From the NCBI GenBank assembly GCA_049314435.1, contig JBMOFD010000062.1, forward strand, positions 1 to 11,702: a stretch of DNA of 11,702 nucleotides, given 5' to 3'. A program made the position numbers and the translations under genes. The stretch is from Chlamydiia bacterium. GTDB lineage: Bacteria; Chlamydiota; Chlamydiia; Chlamydiales; JBMOFD01. The notes beneath the pieces are model-generated. The model searched no databases. It saw nothing but the letters and a program-made list of their open reading frames with translations, and had not been told where the DNA came from. Shown piece after piece: positions 1-6,831 of the stretch (positions within the stretch are counted from its first letter, which is position 1; every line of letters begins with the position of its first letter).

Positions 1-176
1 TTTTTTTGTCTTCGTGCATCGATGGGGATCATCCCCACTCAGCGGGCCTCCAAGCTAAGTGTTGTCATCATCCGTTTTCAAGACCACTGCTCACGCTGTA
101 TATGAATTATTATAGCATGTACTGCATGCATGCCCTGTGTTATCATGCTCGTTAATAACTAACGTGGCGGTTTTAT

Positions 177-695
177 ATGTCTAAAACAACAAAAGTAACA
201 TTTGCTCCGGATTCTAGCGTCGACACAGCTAGTCGAGCGATCAACAAGCCCGAGTCGAGCCGAGGCAATGCCTTGATCGCTCTAGCGGTTGCAATGGCAT
301 GCGGCATTCTCTTAGCAGCAGCATGCAGTGGGGTTCTTCCAGTGACTGCGACTGTCCTCTTGGTTGTCAAAGTGGCAGCAGGCGTTGGCGTTGGTGTCGG
401 TAGTGCCGTGGCTGTGTACCTCTGCTGCTCAGGGAAGAGAAAGACCGGCCTGGAGAACAGGAAGATCGCAATGGTGTTCGGTGATCAGGGCGTGCCTTTG
501 CCCGACGCCTATGAAGGGTCGTCTAGACTGCCTACGGTAACACCGGAGGGTGTTTCGGTTAGCTCAAGAGTCCTGATGGGGAAAGAGGCAGACACAGTGG
601 CTGCGGATGAAGCCAGCAGCCTAGAAAGCGACGATGGTGACAGCTATAGGAGCGCCGAGCTCCGTGAGGAAGAAGCTCTCACCAGCGTGAGCTAG
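177..695 (+). CDS. Hypothetical membrane protein, chlamydial inclusion-membrane (Inc)-like
   Basis: 172-aa ORF after an AT-rich upstream region and followed by a terminator. It has a short polar N-terminus, a ~53-aa bilobed hydrophobic segment (res 32-84, ALIALAVAMACGILLAAAC-SGVLP-VTATVLLVVKVAAGVGVGVGSAVAVYLCC), a basic KRK stop-transfer and an acidic Ser-rich tail. The Inc call rests on architecture only. Confidence 0.7.
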   Translation: MSKTTKVTFAPDSSVDTASRAINKPESSRGNALIALAVAMACGILLAAACSGVLPVTATVLLVVKVAAGVGVGVGSAVAVYLCCSGKRKTGLENRKIAMVFGDQGVPLPDAYEGSSRLPTVTPEGVSVSSRVLMGKEADTVAADEASSLESDDGDSYRSAELREEEALTSVS

Positions 696-763
696 AGCGA
701 ACACTCAGCGTGCGACGCCATTAGAGCGCCTGCTGAGCAATCCAGAGAACCTACAAGAATCCT

Positions 764-798
764 AGGCGGCCATGTCGAAAGACATGACCGCCTTTTTT
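764..798 (+). terminator. Rho-independent terminator
   Basis: AGGCGGCCATGTC-GAAA-GACATGACCGCCT stem (13 bp, one mismatch, GAAA tetraloop) with a T6 tract at 793-798. It lies between the convergent 177..695 and 819..2564 genes. Confidence 0.85.
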
Positions 799-818
799 CG
801 TCTTTTTGGAAGTCGGAA

Positions 819-2564
819 TTAGGCGCTGCCCGATCGGACGGCGTTCTCAGCGGCTTTCAGAAGAGCCTCTACGCGATCATCAGCCTTCCTCCTCGTCGCT
901 TCGAGTCGTTCGGTCGAGGTGATGGGCTCGGCTACTTCAGCGTAGATCTTGATCTTTGGCTCGGTGCCCGATGGCCGAACGATCACAGAAGAATCATCCG
1001 GTAGCCGAATCTGTAGCACGTCGGCAAGAGGTAGAGTGACCTCTGAAGCAGGCTGCGGTTGTAGATAGTCCCGGATCTGGAGCACTGGAAGATCAGCTAG
1101 GGTCGTCAGAGGGGCGGCTCGCAGCTTCTCCATCGTGGTCTTCATCTGCTTGTGTCCCTCTTCCGTCTCAGGGAACTCAATCGAGGTCACACGGTTGCGG
1201 TAGACGCCTACCTGACGCTCTATTTGGTCCCAGTAGTCAGCGAGTGTCATGCCCTGCTGTTTGCAGTAGAGGGCGATCTCACAGACCAGGGCCGCCATGC
1301 AGATCCCATCTTTGTCACGCGTCTGCGTGCCGTAGAGGCATCCGTAGCTCTCCTCCCCACCAAAGAGGAAGGTGTGGGCCTTCGTGTGCTCCCACTGGCC
1401 AATCAACTGACCAATGAACTTGAACCCAGTCAGTACATCAAAGCAGTCAATCGAGGCTCGACGAGCAACCGCTCGGAGCCCTTCCGTGGTCACAATGGTC
1501 TTTACTGCAGCAAGGTGCCGTGCTTTAGGCCTCTGCAGTGGCCAGCACTCCCCAAGGTAGTGCAGAACCAACATCGCAAACTCATTCCCCGTAAAGCGGA
1601 CCGCTTGTCCGTGACTCATGCAGGCGATGCCAATGCGATCTGCATCGGGATCGTTTACGATGAGGACGTCGGCATGCTCTCGCTCCAGCTGCTCAAGCCC
1701 TAGACGCATCGCGTCGAGCTTCTCTGGATTAGGGTAGGGGGCTGTAGGGAAGTCCCCATCAGGGATGATCTGACTCGCTACATACGCAAGCTGTGTGAAT
1801 CCCCAGCTAGCTAGGACCTTGTCGATGACGGTGATGCCAGTGCCATGCAGGCTGCTGTAGAGAACTCGTAACGAGCTGCCCGACTCGCGATTTTCTTTTT
1901 TTCGATTCTGCAGGGGCTGGATCGCACTGATGTAATCATCGTCTAGCTCATCAAAGAGGCGAGTGATGTGCTCATCATCGGGCTCGGCAAGAGGGATGAT
2001 CGACGGGTCTGCGATCGCCTGCATCTGCTCCATGATGGAGGTGTCCGCTGGGGAGACGATCTGAGCCCCGTCCGGTCCGTAGACCTTGTAGCCATTGTAG
2101 ATAGCGGGATTGTGGCTCGCCGTGATCATGATGCCAGCTTGGCAGCCTAGATGACGTACCCCAAAACTGACCCATGGTACTGGGCGCATCTGCGAGAAGA
2201 GCTGCACATCAAAGCCATGAGCGGCCAAGACGCGTGCCGCAATCTCTGCGAACTGCGAGCTTTGATGGCGGCTGTCATAGCCAATGAGTACGCGAGGAGG
2301 GGAGCTGCCTTTCTGCGATTCTAGATAACGAGCTAGCGCTTCAGTGGCTTGAGCGATGGTGTAACGATTGAGTCGATTGGGACCGATGCCCATCATCCCG
2401 CGTAGTCCCGCGGTGCCAAACATCAGGCGGTCACCAAAGGCATCCTCGACGGCAGAGTCGCCTTGTTTGGCCAGGGCGGTGACAGCGCGTCGGGTTGCCT
2501 GGTCGAACTGGGACCCCTGCCATGCCTTCAGGTTAGCCGCGGCTTGAACACTGAGCGCACACAT
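819..2564 (-). CDS. pgm: Phosphoglucomutase/phosphomannomutase (alpha-D-phosphohexomutase family)
   Basis: 581 aa with all family motifs: FGTAGLRG, catalytic TASHNP phosphoserine loop, metal-binding DPDADR, sugar-binding GGEESYG and C-terminal RPSGTEPKIKIY. Exact substrate not determinable. Confidence 0.95.
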   Translation of the reverse strand: MCALSVQAAANLKAWQGSQFDQATRRAVTALAKQGDSAVEDAFGDRLMFGTAGLRGMMGIGPNRLNRYTIAQATEALARYLESQKGSSPPRVLIGYDSRHQSSQFAEIAARVLAAHGFDVQLFSQMRPVPWVSFGVRHLGCQAGIMITASHNPAIYNGYKVYGPDGAQIVSPADTSIMEQMQAIADPSIIPLAEPDDEHITRLFDELDDDYISAIQPLQNRKKENRESGSSLRVLYSSLHGTGITVIDKVLASWGFTQLAYVASQIIPDGDFPTAPYPNPEKLDAMRLGLEQLEREHADVLIVNDPDADRIGIACMSHGQAVRFTGNEFAMLVLHYLGECWPLQRPKARHLAAVKTIVTTEGLRAVARRASIDCFDVLTGFKFIGQLIGQWEHTKAHTFLFGGEESYGCLYGTQTRDKDGICMAALVCEIALYCKQQGMTLADYWDQIERQVGVYRNRVTSIEFPETEEGHKQMKTTMEKLRAAPLTTLADLPVLQIRDYLQPQPASEVTLPLADVLQIRLPDDSSVIVRPSGTEPKIKIYAEVAEPITSTERLEATRRKADDRVEALLKAAENAVRSGSA

Positions 2565-2582
2565 GAGTTATCTCTCCGGGGA

Positions 2583-3062
2583 TTAATCGAATGCTTCTCC
2601 TGACTCTTGTACTGCGAGAGCGATTTGATGAACAGGGACAGGAGGGGCATTTGGGTTGATCCCTTCGCATCCCAAACGGCCCAATTGCTCCCAGCGCTCT
2701 GGAGACACAAGGTGTTCAGGCCAAAAGGGAAAGGTCCTACATTGGACCGGTCGTTGGCCGTAAACTGTGCAACGTACCCCCTCTTCAAGGAAGACGCAGT
2801 CATGGAGAATATTGGAGGGTTGGGTGGGGTCCATCCGACGGCGCTCGCGCAGAGCGCGGCGGTTGCCAAGCCATCGAACGTAGCGCCGTTCAAAGACCTC
2901 TAGCTCGAGATCAAGAGCTTCGGCCATCGAGATGGCGTCTTCCTCAGTGATCCAGACGACCCCGGGGGCCCCCGTGCAGCAGCGGCCACAGCCGGTGCAA
3001 GCAAATCGTAGCCCCTCACCTTGGGCCCACCATGGAGTTTCTTGAGGGGGTTCCTGTTGCAT
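2583..3062 (-). CDS. YkgJ/UPF0153 family cysteine-cluster (CxxCxxCC) protein, putative Zn/Fe-S binding
   Basis: GLRFACTGCGRCCTG ... CVFL ... CTVYGQRPVQCRTFPFWPE ... CEGIN pattern. Ends 18 bp upstream of pgm on the same strand, so probably co-transcribed. Confidence 0.9.
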   Translation of the reverse strand: MQQEPPQETPWWAQGEGLRFACTGCGRCCTGAPGVVWITEEDAISMAEALDLELEVFERRYVRWLGNRRALRERRRMDPTQPSNILHDCVFLEEGVRCTVYGQRPVQCRTFPFWPEHLVSPERWEQLGRLGCEGINPNAPPVPVHQIALAVQESGEAFD

Positions 3063-3097
3063 TATGATGATTTGTGGTTGAAGGATGGGAGTTGAGT

Positions 3098-3517
3098 ATG
3101 AGGCTTCCCATGAAAAACGATAAGTCCCGTCGAGGACAACCTGTTCATAAAAAGACCGGTCGACCCAGTCAGTCCGGCGAAAGCGTCGAAGGGTTCGTGG
3201 CTCACCATGTGCCCGAACGGATCCATGGTGCGAACTTGGATCCCCATAGCGAAGAGCATTTCAATAAGAAGATCGATGTACCGGCCTCTAACCAGAATCC
3301 GGCTGAGAAGAGACTGCTCGGCAGGCAAGCTGCCCATGCGCACCATCATGAGATTGAACACAACTGTGAGATCCCCGGTGTGCATATCGAACAACAGCCC
3401 TTCATCATGCAGGCTCCGGTTAACCAGCGGCTCTATCGTCAGGATGCTCTCAACCAGCAAGCCGAGATGAGACGGACCCAGGCCCGTCTGCAGAATCGAG
3501 GGCAGCGAGGTCGCTAA
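3098..3517 (+). CDS. Hypothetical hydrophilic Gln/His/Arg-rich protein
   Basis: The track ORF is 3074..3517; start moved to ATG 3098 (GGGAG at 3087-3091), with ATG 3110 (GAGG at 3100-3103) as an alternative. The composition looks natural and disordered, and the stop converges on the 3523 stop with a 5-bp gap. It competes with antisense ORF 3062..3460. Confidence 0.55.
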   Translation: MRLPMKNDKSRRGQPVHKKTGRPSQSGESVEGFVAHHVPERIHGANLDPHSEEHFNKKIDVPASNQNPAEKRLLGRQAAHAHHHEIEHNCEIPGVHIEQQPFIMQAPVNQRLYRQDALNQQAEMRRTQARLQNRGQRGR

Positions 3518-3522
3518 AGGCT

Positions 3523-5616
3523 CTAGATCTGAACCAGCTCGTAGCCGTCCGCTTCTAGCCGGTCCATCACTCCGAGACAGGAGGGGAATCGGGTGAATAA
3601 GTGGCTCAAGCCTATGTAGGCAAAGATCGTCTTCGAGGGGTCATTGAGCTGGTTCAGGATCCCTGCCGCGTGCACCCTATTTCGATGAGTCAAAAAGGCC
3701 GTAGTGAACTCTTCACGGCATTCTGGACGGACAATCTGTAAAAGCCTTTGGTGGCAGGCCTCGACCTCCCCGTTAAGCTCTCCCTTTGCATACACTTCCG
3801 CATTTTGCTCCAGGTAGTAGGTATCGTCATGCTGCGCAAAAAGAAGAGACGCTGCCTCTTCGGGATCGACCATCAAGTGCCAGGGCATGGAAAACGGCAC
3901 CGTGTCTTCAAGGCCAAGTTTTTGTTTGCCTTGGTCGAGCGCCAGCTGCCTGAGAGTAAGGTCTAAAAATCCCCATTTCTTACCAGCACGCTCTACACGT
4001 GCATAGGCTTCGGTGGCCATAACATCGCCATGCGAGGATTCGCTAAGAACCATATTGGCCTCGCTCAAACCGTCTCGGATCGCTCTTCGGAACTGTAGAC
4101 ATTCGGCGGGCACGTAGTGGCAGGTGCCTAGGAGCACACCGCGCTTTTGCCCATCCTTGCGGATCTCAAAGAGGAAGCCTTTGACCGCTTCATTGGCTCG
4201 AGGATCGAGCTCGGACAGAAGCTCGTCACCCGGCTCCATTTCAGAGATGTCTATGCGTCGACCAGGTGGGGCTGGCTTTCTGGTGGCGAGTGCTGCATGC
4301 AGGACTCCTCGAGGGTAGAACAGCCCTTCGCTCACAGCGTGTTGGAGTGCCTGTATGATAGGGCGTGCCGAGCAGCTCTTTCCATCGATCACTGCAACTC
4401 CGTCTGCATGAGATTCCGACGGGGGAGTGATGCGCCAGGACCGTTTCTGAGCGAGGACGCGGTCGACGGCTTGGTCCAGCGGGCCCAGGTAGTAGTAGAC
4501 CTCGGAGTAGTGTTGCCGATACATGAATTCTGACGAGTCGGGATTGGCTGGCTCGCCCGCGAATGTAGCACGAGCTTTAGCGAGACCTGCTTGGGCCTTG
4601 AAGAGGTGTTCTGTGGCCGATGACAAGTCACCTTCGGCCCGATCGCAGTCCACTTGTATGCCTGCAAGCTGGTCCTGCACCTGTTGAATGAGATCCTGTG
4701 CACGATCGATGCGCTCCATGAGATCTAAATCGCCATGTGGATCCTTCAGTAGGGTCTGGGCTTGGTTCAGCTTGTGCTCTAGCAGTTTCCCAACACCGTG
4801 GAGGCCGGAGCAGAGAATGCCACACCCTCCGAAAGTAATGTCACGCGTGCAGGAAGACAGCGGGTTGCTAGCTGGGATGAAGGCAATACTGCCTGGTGGG
4901 CTGAATCGGCCTTGCGTTGTGATCCCTCCATTCTCCACAACACAGGCTTCATTGGCCATGAGAGAAGAGATGGGTGCGAGGACCGCATAGACGGGGGTTT
5001 TCGGTTTTTCGCTCACAGTTGCGGCAAGACCGTTGAGATGCCACTCAAGTTGCTGACAATTGTTCCACTGGTCGTACTCCGAGACCTCCCCATGAGGCGG
5101 AAGGTAGTCTACAGCCGTAACTCCAAAGAGATGCTTGGTCATCCGCAATAGAGACGCATCATCGGTCGGGAGGTCATACTGTGCCTGTTCAAGCCGAGCT
5201 GGATTGATCTCTTCCGAGCGTGGTCCAGAGCGTCCACATAGCGGCCATAGTTCTCCTAGATAGCCATGGAGGAACTCCAGGACTTTGGTGGATCGCTGAC
5301 TGTTGTGTTCGGTGATACCATGGTTGAGTTGGTCAATACATCGACCGAGGTTCTGGACCTGTTGCAAGCTTGCTAGGTGAGGGATCTCGATTTTGTTGAT
5401 GCGGTGAGCGATCTCACCCAGATCGGTCTCGTATCGATAGCCGAGTTGTTCGCGAGAGACGCAGGTGAGTTTGCGGCCGTCTTTAATGGCGAAGACCTGA
5501 CCAGCCCAGTGACCGTTGTGGTCGAGGATGCGCTTTGAAATACGGAATGACAATCGGTCTCCAATAGTTGGTTCTGGAGGCCTCCTACGAAGCGGCATCC
5601 CAGTCGTCGCCTGCAT
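3523..5616 (-). CDS. Multidomain protein with C-terminal TraB/GumN (TIKI superfamily) metalloprotease-like domain; candidate secreted effector
   Basis: Res ~480-697 show the TraB/GumN pattern: FLFEI..GVLLGTCH (H500), VLSE (E526), LDLTL..A...GK...GLE (E570), RN (R645/N646), FAYIGLSHL (H672) and GVMDRLEADGYEL. The N-terminal ~480 aa are unrecognised, with a heptad-rich helical stretch at res ~277-352. Alternative start at 5598. Confidence 0.8.
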   Translation of the reverse strand: MQATTGMPLRRRPPEPTIGDRLSFRISKRILDHNGHWAGQVFAIKDGRKLTCVSREQLGYRYETDLGEIAHRINKIEIPHLASLQQVQNLGRCIDQLNHGITEHNSQRSTKVLEFLHGYLGELWPLCGRSGPRSEEINPARLEQAQYDLPTDDASLLRMTKHLFGVTAVDYLPPHGEVSEYDQWNNCQQLEWHLNGLAATVSEKPKTPVYAVLAPISSLMANEACVVENGGITTQGRFSPPGSIAFIPASNPLSSCTRDITFGGCGILCSGLHGVGKLLEHKLNQAQTLLKDPHGDLDLMERIDRAQDLIQQVQDQLAGIQVDCDRAEGDLSSATEHLFKAQAGLAKARATFAGEPANPDSSEFMYRQHYSEVYYYLGPLDQAVDRVLAQKRSWRITPPSESHADGVAVIDGKSCSARPIIQALQHAVSEGLFYPRGVLHAALATRKPAPPGRRIDISEMEPGDELLSELDPRANEAVKGFLFEIRKDGQKRGVLLGTCHYVPAECLQFRRAIRDGLSEANMVLSESSHGDVMATEAYARVERAGKKWGFLDLTLRQLALDQGKQKLGLEDTVPFSMPWHLMVDPEEAASLLFAQHDDTYYLEQNAEVYAKGELNGEVEACHQRLLQIVRPECREEFTTAFLTHRNRVHAAGILNQLNDPSKTIFAYIGLSHLFTRFPSCLGVMDRLEADGYELVQI

Positions 5617-6655
5617 CTACTGAAGGCGCTCGTTCAGACGGTGAGGGTGAACTGTTCGTTGACGTGCTAGGTGGGCTGGAGGAGGTCGAAGTGGTGGAAG
5701 CACACCTTGGGATGTACAAGGCTGACTGCTCCTCAGAAAAGCAGGGAGAGAGGCGGTCGATGATATTCTGACGCAGCTGCTGAGAATTTGTCTCCGCAAG
5801 ACCTTCGCGGACAGCAGCTGGCGATTGACCGATCAATCTTCGATAGAAAAATTCCGATACGTAGAGGCCGCAGCTGTGGATGTCCTGCTGGTGGCGCTTA
5901 TTCTCCAATACAAGGGCCCTGAATGAGAACCGCTGTTTGAGTCTCTCTAGCACATCGCCAGCAGTGATCATGCCCCCCTTCAGCCGACGGCCGGGGTCGA
6001 ACGCGTCTCCTGCCGAATCATAGTAGTCTAGGTACTCGCCCTTGTGGATGACGAAGGCCGTGATGTGAGCTACCTTAATCCAGGAGCCCTCGTACACCAT
6101 GGGAATGAGGATGGGGTCTTCGGCTTCCGGATCCAGCTGGTCTATGCGTGGTAGGTAGTACTCGCGATCAAAGCCAAGAGGAACCTGCATGTAGCGGAAG
6201 GGGGGCAGCCCCCCAGAGCGCTGCAGCGCACTGAAGTAGTAGTCTAGGACAACGCCTGACATGAACTTGCCAGACTCCAGCGTGGTAAGAGTCTTACGCC
6301 CATAATAATCTGGACTCATCGCTTCTCTCGTGAGGTCTGGAACCTCAACCGATACTCGCGTGAGCGCGGTATTCATGACCCTTTTCGCTAAGTGGATGGG
6401 GGAGAAGACCGCGCTGAACAGGCTGGTTAGGCTGCGCGAAGAGGAGGATGCTGTCGACAGCTCGGATGTGGGGCTTGTAGAAGAATGATGACCCTCTACG
6501 GCCGCCTCGTTAACCAGGCACCAGGCCTCATCTGGACTCCCACTGCCGGAGCTGCTGGATGATTCCCCAGCCTCCTCGTCAATGACCCGAAGTGCACTCT
6601 CTGAGCTAGGCCTATGCAGCCTGGCAAAGGAGGGATCGAAAGGTAAGATCGACAT
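5585..6655 (-). CDS. Ulp1/Peptidase C48-like (CE clan) cysteine protease; putative deSUMOylase/deubiquitinase effector
   Basis: FMSGVVLDYY helix, ILIPM..AH(197)ITAFVI, YYD(213)S and Q(256)QDIHSC(262)GLYV give the His-Asp-Cys triad with the oxyanion Gln six residues before Cys. N- and C-termini are Ser-rich and disordered. AGGTG RBS-like motif just upstream of the ATG. Confidence 0.85.
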   Translation of the reverse strand: MSILPFDPSFARLHRPSSESALRVIDEEAGESSSSSGSGSPDEAWCLVNEAAVEGHHSSTSPTSELSTASSSSRSLTSLFSAVFSPIHLAKRVMNTALTRVSVEVPDLTREAMSPDYYGRKTLTTLESGKFMSGVVLDYYFSALQRSGGLPPFRYMQVPLGFDREYYLPRIDQLDPEAEDPILIPMVYEGSWIKVAHITAFVIHKGEYLDYYDSAGDAFDPGRRLKGGMITAGDVLERLKQRFSFRALVLENKRHQQDIHSCGLYVSEFFYRRLIGQSPAAVREGLAETNSQQLRQNIIDRLSPCFSEEQSALYIPRCASTTSTSSSPPSTSTNSSPSPSERAPSVDAGDDWDAAS

Positions 6656-6663
6656 GAAACACC

Positions 6664-6685
6664 TATAATAATAACCATTATTATA
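6664..6685. promoter_or_regulatory. Perfect AT-rich inverted repeat (putative operator, Fur-box-like) containing -10 hexamers
   Basis: TATAATAAT-AACC-ATTATTATA (9-4-9). Positions 6664-6682 match the Fur consensus GATAATGATAATCATTATC at 15/19. It lies directly upstream of the protease RBS. Confidence 0.45.
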
Positions 6686-6777
6686 AATCGATATTGTTCA
6701 GGTCTGTTAAAGTTTGGATCTATTTCTATTATATAAGTGACCCTCCTGTCGGCTCATTGCGCTGAGGCCAGCGACGT

Positions 6778-6806
6778 TCGTCAACTCCGCACCGTTTTGC
6801 TATAGT
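6778..6806 (+). promoter_or_regulatory. Putative sigma70/sigma66 promoter for sulP
   Basis: TCGTCA (-35, 4/6), 17-bp spacer, TATAGT (-10, 5/6) with extended TG at 6798-6799; ends 25 bp upstream of the sulP ATG. Confidence 0.5.
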
Positions 6807-6831
6807 CCATTCCTCTTCCAGGTAGGCATGT

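Noticed and set aside
118..146. Promoter for the Inc-like gene (TGn-TATCAT at 138-146) and GCATGCATGC palindrome at 124-133
   Set aside because: The extended -10 is plausible but the -35 is poor and several alternatives exist in this AT-rich patch; too uncertain to call.
309..326. Lipobox-like LLAAAC in the 172-aa protein
   Set aside because: The Cys is residue 50 and is followed by a second hydrophobic lobe; the alternative start M40 has no charged n-region.
3062..3460. Minus-strand 132-aa ORF as the primary gene
   Set aside because: Its L/M/I/V/F-rich composition is what the antisense of a Q/H/N/K/D-rich gene yields. Not listed as a feature, but kept as an ambiguity in findings because of the TAATG overlap.
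5585..5616. Frameshifted single gene joining the C48 and TraB proteins
   Set aside because: No slippery or homopolymer run at the junction, and both ORFs have their own plausible start and stop.
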